Positions 25,396 to 38,181 of a DNA stretch of 64,000 nucleotides are shown in pieces. Position numbers and translations under genes: made by a program. The DNA is from Lytechinus pictus (taxonomy: Eukaryota). A model generated the notes under the pieces. That model saw only the letters and a list, made by a program, of their open reading frames with translations, did not search any database and was not told the origin of the DNA. Location of the stretch: positions 13,270,001 to 13,334,000 of the forward strand of contig NC_087252.1 in assembly GCF_037042905.1 (NCBI RefSeq). The letters are read 5' to 3'. Position 1 is the stretch's first letter. Each line of letters begins with the position of its first letter.

Positions 25396-25803
25396 GACCT
25401 CGTTCTCATTACATTCTCTAATTTAACTAGTTTACTAGAAACCAGTTCAGGAAACCAGTTTAGAAGATTGCTTTGCTTGCGTTCCCATTGATCACCCAGA
25501 AGTGGTTTTCAAAATCACTTAACGTAAAGCGATCTTGTTGCTACGGGAACGGCTCTCAGTGGGGCCGCAGCGTAGGCATTCTACACACAGTGTGTGGAGT
25601 AGTGCGCTCAAAATGTGCGAAGAACGGTTCTGTCCTCACGCTAAAACTAGTTTAACGAGTCAAAGCGATCTTGAAAACTACATCGCGAGATGGTTTTATG
25701 AACCGGTTCGGAATATCGCTTCCAAGATTGCTTCAACCGTTCTCATTACACGTTAAACTGGTTTCCACTAAACTAGTTTTAGGAAGGTAGTGAGAACGGT
25801 GTC
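25396..25803. mobile_element. PIF/Harbinger-like MITE (same family as 9829)
   Basis: TAA-GACCTCGTTCTCA...TGAGAACGGTGTC-TTA; TWA flanks. Confidence 0.8.
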
Positions 25804-26735
25804 TTATGTACAACAAATCTGCCTAGGCTATTCAAAAGTCCTTCCCTGTTTAACAACTGGCCTGGAGAACTTTGTGTATCGCAAAAGAGAATGTGAACAA
25901 CAATATCATCTGTCAGCTTCACTATAAAATACAGCAAACAAAACTGCTGACCTGTCAAGAGCAGTTATCAAACTCACAAACAAGGATATGAAAATCATTG
26001 AAGCAGTTATGAATTTGATTCCATACAAAACGTTGTTGAAATTTCTTGGACAGTTTTACTGTGCATAAATGTAGAACCAGAAAGTCCATCATTAGGCATC
26101 GGACAGATTCTTGTCCAGGATTTTAATGGCTGCCACTGAGACTTTTGTCAAGCAAAATGTCTTTCCATCAACATAAATAATCAAATAGAACAGTAAACAT
26201 TATGTTGATCTAAACCACGCGATGTCACACTACAACACACCATGAAAAAATATTTTTAAATTGTATGAGACATCAACTCCATCAAATTCAATTTAGCACT
26301 GTAATGCAGGGCCTAAGTAGAAGCAAGTGTTTTTCAATTATTTTTCATCACCTTTTGAACACTTTTGAAGATTTTTAGAAAAATGAGTAAAAAAGAGAAG
26401 ATGCTGAAAATCTTCATGGGGATGGGATGGTATAATTTCTTTTATTTGGCCTTGTATACTTACACCGGGCAATACTTTACAAAATAAATACCTCTCTTGT
26501 TTCATAGCACCAGAGGATATACCTGAACCAGGGCAAATATTTTTGACTATTTACCTGACCCATTATTTTGTGGGTTATGTTTTGGTCAAAGCTGCTGGTG
26601 ATTTGTCATTCTAGAAAACCTGGCAGGAGTCACTCAACAAAACACTGATTTCTTATTGCATTTAAAGGAATAGGATAAATCCTGCTGCCCTTTAAACCCA
26701 AACATGTATACAGCAACCTTCAATCAAGGTAAAAT

Positions 26736-26882
26736 TCGATCTGCATTTGATCCTCAAATTAGCAACCACCAATATTTTTCTATTCATTTTCATTCTTTGA
26801 AAATAATAGATCGATCTGCATTTGATCCTCAAATTAGCAACCACCAATATTTTTCTATTCATTTTCATTCTTTGAAAATAAT
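26736..26882. repeat. Near-perfect tandem duplication, 75-bp period
   Basis: TCGATCTGCATTTGATCC...TTTGAAAATAAT at 26736 and 26811. Confidence 0.95.
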
Positions 26883-29699
26883 GGATGTAGGCCTATAATT
26901 AATTAATAACACAAGTCAAAACAAATTGATCTTCTTCTTCCGTTGAGTACAGTCCTCTTTACAGAGTATAGTCGTACTTGGCTGAGGCCACAATCACAAA
27001 ACACATGACATTTGGTGCAGTTGAACCAAATGATCATACTATATGTACAATTTAGAATTACATAAGCATTTACCAATTTGTGCTGCCAATTTGCATGTAG
27101 AGTGTGTAATGAGTAAAACCTTTAAAAGTTATGCAATTAATGTTTAACAAATGGGATTAAAAAAGTTAAGTCTAGATATATACCCAACTTGAAATATAGG
27201 CATATGGACCCAGCATGGACCTACACAAAAATTGAAGTTGCTTGTATTTTGCCCAGTTATAATGAAAATATTTTCCTTGAACATTTTGATGCCAGTATAT
27301 GCTGAGATATTTCGAACAATCTTACAAAAAATGTCTTCTCTCTTTGAGAATAAGAAATTGTGAAGACCTAGATCTGTAATGAACACTTCTACTCAGGAAT
27401 GAGGATATCCGATGGTAGACATTTTTAGTTCCAATACTTCAAACAGCATACAATACACCCAAACCCTGCAATATGATCTCCTTGTTGACAGGAGTAAAAC
27501 AAAATATGATATGGCGACCAGACACCAATGGTTGCTGCATAAACATGAATCTGCGTTCTGCAATGCTTTTGTCTTAGATGCAGATTAAAGGTTATTACCA
27601 GTAATAGTAGGTACAGGACAATAGGCAAAAAAAAACTGATCAATTAAAAGTGGTCTCTTATCTTCGATATTCGATGTCAAAATAAAACATCCATTTCAGA
27701 CATTACTTGAAAATCCACTTGAATATTTACCTGGTGACTTATTTTGAAGTAGGCCTGAAACAACTAAAATTTCACATATCACCAGAGAGTCTACATATAT
27801 GCAAGGGTAATGATCGGGGGGGGGGGGGGGCTTGACTTTTGTACAGCAGCCTATTGGCAGAGGGTCATTTCTCACCATCCTAACTAAAACCTAATGATAT
27901 ATTGACATGCACGAATCCATGCAGCTATCATATTTTATTCAAATGAATACATATAGACCTAGACAAAAATATGGGTGTCTCCACAAACATGTATTGTCAT
28001 TCATATGCATGTAGACCTAGGGCCTACATATAAACCTGCAATGTGAATTCCATCCCCCACTCCTCTTTGCCCAAAGGAAAAATGCTGATACATCTCCTTC
28101 ATTAACAAGGTAAAAATACAGCATTTAATTATATGTAAATGAAGATCTCTGCAGCCAAACACACCTGGAGAGAAGAAATTCACAAATTAATTTTAGTTAG
28201 TCAGTTTGTTAGTAAAAAAAGTAGTTCTAAGTACAATTCAGGAACCATTGTTTTGGTATACTTACAAACTAAGAGCCCAGTCTGTGTACAGCAGGAGCGG
28301 TAGTATTATTCCAAATATGGCCCTGAAATGAACTGCATAGAGACTACACTGAATCACTCCTACCAATCATCCTACTGGTATGAAAATATTCCTATTTATC
28401 AAGGAGATTCCAATAGATATCCAAGCAGTTGCTGTTCTCTTGAGATGACTAACAAACAAGTTCAAACAGCCACGATAACGGTGAATAGTCTCCAATATAA
28501 ACCGGTGTATAGTCTTTACTATATAACCCCAGCGATACACCTGCAGTCCCTAAATGTAAACTAATGGATTAATGATGCCGCAAGGACAGACAGGGACAAA
28601 AAGACCCTTTAACTGTCGCAGAGACACACTCCACTGGTCCTATTCATCAAGTTTTTGGAAGAGCTCCTAACTGGCATTGTCCAATGAAGAGGGGTGTATT
28701 CGCGACTGGGCTGGCTAAACATGTATTATCAACAATGTATGTAACTTCTTATCAGTGTCGAAGACTTGGTGGCTAGTAGTAAGAAATATACAGCGACTGC
28801 GGTGTCCGTGAAGTACTGGTATCAATATTCATTGAGGCCTGGCTTTCGATTGACCTGATACCGATGACTGAACTCCGCACTGCCACAGCTCAGCCAGCAG
28901 TAGGGCATAGACTCTACGGAGTAGGAAGAAGACTTCTGGTAGCCTACTTTTACATCCTCACTCGCTCTCTACACACAAAGAATATGTGGAGTTCAGAAGT
29001 TTGGTTCACTGGGGTACCTAGTCTCGGTCTGCAGACACTTTCGGGTTTCAAAACAAGTTGGGGAAAACAAACTCTTGTGCACCTCAGTGTTGGTATAAAA
29101 TTGTCTATTGTTTTAGGCATATAAGGTTATGTTTTGGGGTTTATACAACATTTCCACTTTGCCTTGATAGGCTGTATAAAAGAAAAATCCACAAAATCTT
29201 CTTTTTCTTTTTTTGTTAAATTCAGCAGATTTGTTTTTTTTTGTAAAAATCTGTGCAAGTGCTCTAATGAAAAAAAACCATGAACTTGCAACTAGATGTA
29301 CCTTGAATTGTAAATTATGATTTAACTGTTAATCCATTATTTGGAATAGATATTCTGTAAAAGTTGAATATGAAATAGCATGATTCTTTCATAAGGATTT
29401 CCAATAGAAATCGTTCCATTTTTATGCAGATTCAACATTACCCAATAAAAGAGATCAGTTTTACAGACTAACACGTCTTTTATCATAGAGAAGTTTGGTT
29501 TGTGTATGTTGTGATTGGAAGCCAATCTGGATATCTGACTGTATGTTTTCTTCATCAACGTCATGTCAACACAGCTCAGTCATTACAAAGCACAAGCTCT
29601 AGTAATGACAAATGATAAATAGGCCTACACCTAGCAATAGTCTACCAATAAATGTATTCAGACTCTTATTAATCTTTGCCCCATTTTTTTATCGTCGAT

Positions 29700-30200
29700 T
29701 TATACTTCTATATAGGCCTACAGGTACACTATATGATGTAGGAGGGGGGGGGGTTATGGGGATTTGTCCTAGCTTGCACCTTTTTTTTTCACTTGTTGAC
29801 TACTTTTACATAGGCCTACATATGATACTGAAAAAAATGTAAAGGGGGGCGGGGATGGGTCATGGGGGATTATAGTCCATGTACCCTACCATACCATATA
29901 GGCCTACATATGCTACATGATGCACAAAAAAATGAAAAGGGGGAGTGGGAGGGGTAGGTTATGGGGATTAATCCTTTTACCCTATTTTCATTGTTGACTT
30001 CTTAACATGTTCATTATGTAATCAACGATCTTCAAACAGAAGCTCCTTGATGTAATGAAGGAACAATTGTAAAGGGGTCATGGGGGATTAGTCATTGCAA
30101 CCTTTTATTTTCATTGCTGACTATTTCTACATAGGCCTGTGTGTTCATTATATAGGCTTATGCATGAAAAAAATGTGCTGGGAGGCTATGGGGGATTCTC
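29700..30200. repeat. Degenerate minisatellite (~90-130-bp units containing TAGGCCTA and ATGGGGGATT)
   Basis: About five recurrences of GGTYATGGG(G)GATT...TTGACT...TAGGCCT. Confidence 0.6.
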
Positions 30201-30949
30201 TATTAAGTTGCTGAAGGAACCCCACCCCCAAACAGCGCAAGTAAATTACTACAGGGTATTTGGAATAAACATAGTAATAGACCTACACATTGAGGCCTGA
30301 ATTATCTGTCATTTTCAGTATTTCTTGCTTTGAAAATGACTGTCATAAGAAAAAAACATCTCATCTTTTTTGCATACAAGGTGATGTGACAAAATCTCTA
30401 ACGTATCCCGAAAGATACACTTGACTTTGATAAAATATATATAACTGTATTCAGAGAAATATGTCACCGAACCTGTTTTTTCTTCTTCATTTGACCTGAT
30501 GGCTATTCACCTAAATATATTCCTAGAAGGAAACGTTGATAAATTTGAAAATGAAAGACAAGAATTGAAAATAGGTGAATAAGATAGTCTGGCTACATGA
30601 CTCATTTCTGGGACCATGTCCAAAGTCTAGTAATAGTCTTATCTATAGACACTTTGTTTTTATGACCATCATGTGAGTAAAGGTTTCACGACAATGTCAT
30701 AAAGTTCAATGAAATCAAGAAACGACAAAGATGTTCTTATCTATGAACTCAGGAATTCATGTGGAACAAGTTTCAAGAAATGTGTGTAGCTGTTTCATTT
30801 GCAGGGTAGGTGTACAAATACAAAACAAAAGATTTAAAAAAAAACAATATCAAAGCACTATGCCAAAGATGTGAATGAGGCTTACTCTCCCCCATATGAA
30901 AAAATAATTAGTCATACAATTGATAAACAATTAGGCCTATAAATACCTT

Positions 30950-31380
30950 TTGAATCATCTATTTTGAAATGGGCAAAATGATGGAAGAGAATAGTTGGGA
31001 TGGTAGCGTTTCTGAAAAATATCAGTTTCATAATAGGCGAATCTTTTATGAAAGCGATATGAGAAAAGAGACCAAATTACATTTCGAATCATCTATCTAT
31101 TCTCTTTCATCATAATGGGCAAATGATGAAAGAGAAAACATAAGTTGGGTTGGATGGTGTTTCTGAAAAATATAAGTTTTATAATGTATTAAGAACTTCT
31201 TTTTATTTGAAAAAAAAAGAAATGAAAAAAAAATTGAATTATGTCTTGAATCATACATTTCAAAATGGGCAAAATGATGAAAGATAATTCCATACTTGGG
31301 TTTATAGAATATCTGAAAAAAAGATCAGTTTCAGAATGAAATAAGCACTTCCTATATGGAAATGATATGAGAAAAGAGAC
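30950..31380. repeat. Degenerate tandem triplication
   Basis: GAATCAT...AATGGGCAAA(A)TGATG...TCTGAAAAA at ~30952, ~31086 and ~31248. Confidence 0.65.
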
Positions 31381-32579
31381 TGGTAAGAAGAAAAAAAAAG
31401 AAGTTGGCTTGGGTATGTCTTTCCACAGCTTGGTGCATCAGTGGTATATTAACCTCTCCGCAGGGGGGCAGGAGAGTGTTTTCGTTTGTGCAAACGTCAT
31501 TTATTTTCTTACTAGGTATGCCAGCCTATAGGTCAAGTCTGAAAGCTATTATGGATGCTGTCCTAAGGCAGGAGGGGGTAATGTGTGTGTGTGTGTGGGA
31601 AGGGGGAGTAGGAGGGGCATATACTAAAATATTGCTTTTGATTTCTTTCTGCTCACAATTTTACAACAAGGTATGAATAGACTAAAGAGGGGAACTATTA
31701 AAGGGCACCCTTTGGGTTAAAATGTGGAAATTAAAGCAATCATACACACTGTCATCCTGACATATGAACCTTGTAGCTAACAGGACATGTATTTTTTTTT
31801 TTTTTTTTGGGGGGGGGGGCATGGAAGATTTGAAAGTCTATGCGGGGGCGGGGGAGGTAGTCAGGTTCATTTACATTTTCCCCAAAAGGCATGGATCTCC
31901 TCATTTTAAGAGAATATATTTTTAAAGAAGTTTTCACATAAAAAGAGTATAGGGGTAGTGATAGGTGTGTCCTGGTGCGGGCGGGGCTGATTTTTTTTGT
32001 ACCATAATATTCTTACTATGATTTTGTTTAAGATTTATCCAATGCAGTTTATGCCTTCCCTTTGAGTAAGTGAGAATATGGACAACAAATAATTTAATGG
32101 TGAATTAAGTTGTCGTTCGCGAATCAATTGATTCAAGTACAATTGAATCTCTTTAATACATATATGTTTGATCTACTCATGACCAAAAAACCAGTAATAC
32201 CTGGGGACATCCTGTAATGTTTACAACATTTAATTTCATTAGTTACAGCTAGATGAGATCTTTGCAGCAATTCTTGCACATGATACAGGCTTTTAACAAC
32301 AACATTCCCAAGTCCAACATCTTCTATCATTTGGGTATTAAAGCCTTCTCCATTGACCTATAAAACAATGATAGATGGGACATTTTTAAAGATAAACCAA
32401 AATGGAATCTGTGCCAAGATATGGCTTTAATAAAAATCACCCAATTAATGTCTAAAGCATGCAGGTACCAAGGATGAGTTTGATTTATCTAGCATGTTAG
32501 GCATCACAACACAATACTAGCATGACTTCATCTGTCCTTTATAGCCCTGTATCATAAAGCTTTGCAATTGATTGTGGGG

Positions 32580-33241
32580 CAGGGCTCCACACTAACCCGT
32601 TTTTCTACTGACCGGGGCCCCGTCTTACAAAGAGTTACAATTGATCCGGTCATTCGCAACTATGGAAAGCCAGCAAAGTCAACATATAAAATGCTTGTTT
32701 GTTCAAAAAAAATTCTAGATATAAATGTCTATCCATAAATTTGTTGATTTCTTGACAATTTGGTGTGTTCTCCTTTGTTTACAAAGGACATTTTGCAAAT
32801 TTCCTGTAGAAAAAAAACCCTATGGATGGATTTCCAGAGTTACGATTGATCAGATCAATCATAACTCTTTGTAAGACGGGGCCCAGTACATACCCAGTTT
32901 TTCCATGTTTTACTGGACCGAACCTAAAATTTACTGGTCCCAAAATATAAAAAAAACTTTTAAAAAGACTTGAGTTTATTTTGTTATATTTTATTGCTTT
33001 TTGTTACACCCCCCCCCCCAAAAAAAAAAAAAACCAGTACACACACACACAACATAATTTATTTGAGATGCCAGAGCCATTTTTATAATTTACAAAAGAG
33101 AAGAAAATATAATTTGTATCAGTTAGATATAATCTAACTGGTCATGTCAGACCAGTAAATCTGGCTCTTTCTGAAAAGTTACTGGCCCGACAGCAATTTT
33201 CTGGTCTGGGACCGTCCGACCAGTGGCAGTGTTGCGCGCTG
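32580..33241. mobile_element. hAT-like MITE with 8-bp TSD
   Basis: CAGGGCTCCACACT / AGTGTTGCGCGCTG termini; flanks TTGTGGGG and TTGTAGGG (7/8 match). Confidence 0.7.
32614..32884. mobile_element. GGGGCCCGTCTTACAAAGAG-family MITE nested in the hAT-like MITE
   Basis: GGGGCCCCGTCTTACAAAGAGTTA / TAACTCTTTGTAAGACGGGGCCC. Confidence 0.85.
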
Positions 33242-34823
33242 TTGTAGGGCTGACATTTATGATTAATCACACACAATATTCAATGCAATCAATCATACAA
33301 CTCAGCCCCATGATAAATCACTCTAGGATTTATATAACAGGACCTAGGTGTGTTCAGACAAGGGATAATTTCAATGTTTCACACCATACCGCTAGAATAT
33401 CATACTAAACTGTTCGAGATGTACTCAAGGCTGAACAGGATATTGCATATAGATGTGAATAAAATGATATGCAAAAAATGACAATTTCCTCAAAATGAAA
33501 GTCAAATAGAAAAAAAATAGGAAGTTATGGCATTGTAAAATTTGCCTTACATTGGTGAAACAGTTGTATCAAGCATGTTATCATGGATATTTAGGCCTAT
33601 CCATGGTGATATGCTTGATACAACTGTATCACCAAAATAATGCGGAGTTAATAATGACATAAGGAAAAGGAAATATTTTGTTTCAATGTTAATACACATA
33701 TTAGGAGATCCTTTCCCATTATTTCAAGTTACCCACACTATAAATATTTGTTAATTGATAAGTTATATTGCTGTTATATCTTGTCTTTAAGGCTTTCTTT
33801 TTCAACAAAAGCATTACAAAAATGAAAGAGGGATGAATATTCTATAAAACAAATTTCAAGAGTGATACAATCTTCATGCTGCAAGGACATTGTTAATGTT
33901 GTTGTATTTTCATGTCCTCTTGCACTCATGAGGCTATAATTTACACATGGGTATTTATTTACTCGCACAAGGCCATTAAACATTGTGACATGAAATAACA
34001 TACTCTTATAAAGGACAAAGGTGACTTAACACAGAGAAGCGACATGGGGTCCGTTTCATGAAGACTTGTTATAATAACACATGCACGTTTTCTATACCAA
34101 GTTTACTGTAAGCCAATCAAATTGAATGATTTCAGTAGCTTACAACTGTTATCACATATATTTGTTCTTACAAAAGTTTTATGAAAGGGGGGGGGGGCAG
34201 AGATGAGAGGGGTTCCTTGGCTGCAAGAAGCTGAGAAGGGGAGGGGGCAGAGGGGGAAGGAGAAATTGGGGTAAACTGGGCAGGAAAAGAATTGAATACA
34301 CGAGTGTACCTGAAGGGGTCAGGGCATTCTGCTAACTGACAAAATTTGAACAGTGAAATAAAATTTATTGAGATGCTTCAACCCTTTTATTCTTATTTAT
34401 TTTTGCTTTTCAGATTATTTTGGAAGGAAAATTCCTCATCAAAAATTTGGGGAGGGGAAAATGTACTGAAAGAGTTAATGACTAATTTTTCCTTTTCCTT
34501 CCAAGAATGTTTTGCCCCTCATGACAATGTTTGGCAGGAATGCCACTAAGTCAGTGACACATGCAGGCATACCTGCTAGTTCCTCAAGAAAACAATAAAA
34601 GACAATTTAAGAAATTCATTCATTTCACATACTACAGACATTGATTGGAACAAATGAATAAAGATGAATATTTCTTTTTCACAGGTATGGAACGATAAAA
34701 CATCGAGTGAAAATGTAATGGAAAAATTGAAGAGGTTTGAAGAGAATGATCAAGCGGAAAATAGACAAAGAAGACTTGAGGAAAGGGAGAGAACAAAGAG
34801 AAAAGAAAAAAAAATAGACCACC

Positions 34824-35093
34824 GCCCCGTCTCACAAGAAGTTACGATTGATCCAATAAATCATAAGTCTATGGAAATCCATCAGTGTCATAATTTGTTT
34901 CTACAGGAAATTTGCACAATCTCCTTAAAACAAAGAGAATCACACTGAATCTTCAAGAGAATGATAAATGTATGAATGTACATCATATCTTGAAAACAAT
35001 TTGAACAAGTTTTCATTTTTAAATGTAGATGTTGCTGGCCGTCCATAGTTGTGATTGATCTGATCGATCGTAACTCTTTGTAAGACAGGGCCC
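34824..35093. mobile_element. GGGGCCCGTCTTACAAAGAG-family MITE
   Basis: GCCCCGTCTCACAAGAAGTTACGAT / ATCGTAACTCTTTGTAAGACAGGGCCC. Confidence 0.8.
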
Positions 35094-35992
35094 AGAAATT
35101 GATACATCTTGAATTTACATCACAACTATAGAATTCGAACAGCTTGACACATTTCTATTTTTTCTTACAGACGGCAAAATGTAAAAAGATACGCCTAACA
35201 TCAATTCTAAACAAACAAAATCTTGATAATGAGTCATTATTTTTTTTCTTTTTGTAATGTGATAATGCCCCAAGCCGAGAAATAACGAAGACCAAAGAAC
35301 TGAAAATGTGGCTTTGCAAGAATGTCACGACTGGAATCGCCCTAGAGCAAGGTTGTGTTGCTTGTATGGGGTCTGCCATTAAGCCATTTGAAAGGGGAAC
35401 AATGAAATAATGAATCATGAGTCAAGGTATAATTCTGTCTATTAAAAAGTATTTTGAACCTTGGAAAATATTCAAGGTGGATGGGGGTTACTTTGCTCTG
35501 AATTGACCCCATCCCCCAAAAAAATGATTTTAAGAACCTTGCAAAAAATCATTGAGCCTGGGGCCTAAAGGACCTCCAAATTAAGAAGTATTTTACCACC
35601 AGAAAACTATTCACGGGGGCTAAGGCCCTGGGCTACTTAAGGCCGACACCCCCCCCCCCCGCAAGTTGCTAAATAGTTCAATCAAAACGATTGGGTGATG
35701 ACTTGCATGTAGAATGGACAGAAGAGGGGAAAAAAGGTGATCACTGAAAATCTCAGAATATGTGCAAGAATACAGTAGGGTGCCCAGTGCCAATTTCAAT
35801 GTATTTTTTTGTATCCCCTAAAAAAATGTGAAAGGCTTGCCTTTTTTGCTATAATTTTTCTTTTTATACAATTATTTTGTTTGATTTATTTATGATTTTT
35901 GTATTGTGCTATCGAAGTATAAGCCGTTGAAAAGTAGCCCTTTTATTCTTAACCATGGGACCTATGCAGATGCTGCAGGCTTACAGGTCCAA

Positions 35993-37193
35993 ACAAGTGG
36001 AATACCTCTGGCGGTCTCACCTGCATCACGCGATTCAATATAGCAGCAGTGCTGGCTTTGAAAACTACTATAAAATAATTATTCACAAAAAACACCATTC
36101 ATATAATGATACAATACTACATTCATTGATATTTGACCTTGATCATGTGACCTAAAACTTGTCAGTGATACTTGATTACCCCTATATCCACATTTTATAC
36201 ACTATATCTATAGACTTTGAAAGTTATGACAGCAATCTAATAAGTACCTTTAAAATGGCCAAAGTTCAATGACCTTTGACTTTCGTCATGTGACCTGAAA
36301 CTCGCACAAGATGTTCAGTGATACTTATTACCCCTTTCATAAACCCAATAAAACATATCCTCCAATTAGCCGCCTAAGAGTAATGCGGATAATTCAATAA
36401 AAATTGCGTTCACAAACTCCATAAATTATTTTTACGAGCGCCCGTCCTGAAAAAGGCGGATAATCGTCATGACAACTGGACACGCCCCCTCCAATGCGGT
36501 TGTGTTGGAAAAGGGTGACCTTGTGACTGCACCATGGCAATTATCCGCATTATTTGGAAATACGTTCATAAACTCAAAATCTTGTCCCGATGCCGCTATT
36601 ATGCGGATAATAGCAGCATCAGAATAATGCGGATAACTCTTGTCCTCCTCTGATTTTACGACCAAATTATGCTGCTATTAGCCGCATAATTGTGTTTTAT
36701 TGGGTTTATGAAAGGGGTATTAGTTACTCTTATGTCCACGTTTTATGAACTAGACCAATACACTTACACGGATATGATGGTAATTCAACAAATACCTCCA
36801 ACATGGCAAAAGTTCATTGACCTTAAATGACCTTTGACCTTGGTCATGTGACCTGAAACTCGGATGGGATGTTCAGTGATACTTGATTAACCTTATGGCC
36901 AAATTTCATGAATCAGATCCATAAACTTTCGAAGTTATGATGGTAATTCAACAGATACCCCCGTTATGGCCAAAGTTCATTGACCTTTGACATTGGTCAT
37001 GTGACCTGAAACTTGCACAGGATGTTCAGTGATACTTGATTAACCTTATGGCCAAGTTTCATGAACTAGGTCCATATACTTTCTAAGTTATGCTGTCATT
37101 TCAATAACTTAATCTTTGGTTAAGATTTGGTGTTGACGCCGCCGCCGTCGGAAAAGCGGCGCCTATAGTCTCTCTGCATCGCAGGTGAGACAA
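35993..37193 (-). mobile_element. Second HINE/pearl-like copy, interrupted by a MITE
   Basis: Same ACAAGTGGAA end, core repeats, (GCC)n and GGAAAAGCGGCGCCTATAGTCTC...GCAGGTGAGAC end as the 17899 copy. Confidence 0.85.
36331..36717. mobile_element. MITE nested in the HINE copy
   Basis: Perfect ~25-bp TIRs CCCCTTTCATAAACCCAATAAAACA / TGTTTTATTGGGTTTATGAAAGGGG, flanked by TA. Confidence 0.85.
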
Positions 37194-37194
37194 T

Positions 37195-38181
37195 ACAAGT
37201 GGAATGCCTCTGGCCGTCTCACCTGCATCACGCGATTCAATATAGCAGCAGTGCTGATTTTGAAAACTACTATAACTCGCACAAGATGTTCAGTGATACT
37301 TGGTTACTCTTATTTCCACGTTTTATGAACTAGACCAATACACTTATAGAGATATGATGGCAATTCAACAAATACCCCCAACGTGGCCAAAGTTCTTTGA
37401 CCTTACATGACCTTTGACCTTGATCATGTGACCTGAAACTCGCACAGGATGTTCAGTGATACTTGATTACTATTATGTCCAAGTTTTATGAACTAGACCA
37501 ACACACTTTCAAATTTATGGCTGTAATTCAACAAATACCCCAATTTGGCCAAAGTTCATTGACCCTAAATGACCTTTGACCTTGATCATGTGACCTGAAA
37601 CTTGCACAGGATGTTCAGTAATACTTGATTACTATTATGTCCAAGTTTCATGAATCAGATCCATAAACTTTCAAAGTTATGATGGTAATTCAACAGATAA
37701 CCCCAATTCGGCCAAAGTTCATTGACCCTAAATGACCTTTGACCTTGGTCATGTGACGTGAAACTCATGCAGGATGTTCAGTGATACTTGAGTAACCTTA
37801 TGTATAAGTTTCATGAACTAGGTCCATATATTTTCTAAGTTATGATGACATTTCAAAAACTTAACCTTAGGTTAAGATTTTGATGTTGATTCCCCCAACA
37901 TGGTCTAAGTTCATTGACCCTAAATGACCTTTGACCTTGGTCATGTGACATGAAACCCAGGCAGGATGTTCAGTAATACTTGATTAACCTTATGGCCAAG
38001 TTTCATGAACTAGGTCCATATACTTTCTAAGTTATGCTGTCATTTCAAAAACTTAACCTCAGGTTAAGATTTGGTGTTGACGCCGCCGCCGCCGTCGCCG
38101 CCACCGTCGCCGTCGCCGCCGCCGTCGCCGTCGGAAAAGCGGCGCCTATAGTCTCACTCTGCTATGCAGGTGAGACAAAAA
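37195..38181 (-). mobile_element. Third HINE/pearl-like copy, head-to-tail with the second
   Basis: Starts ACAAGTGGAATGCC directly after the previous copy. Has core repeats and an expanded (GCC/GTC)n tract, and ends ATGCAGGTGAGACAAAAA. Confidence 0.85.
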
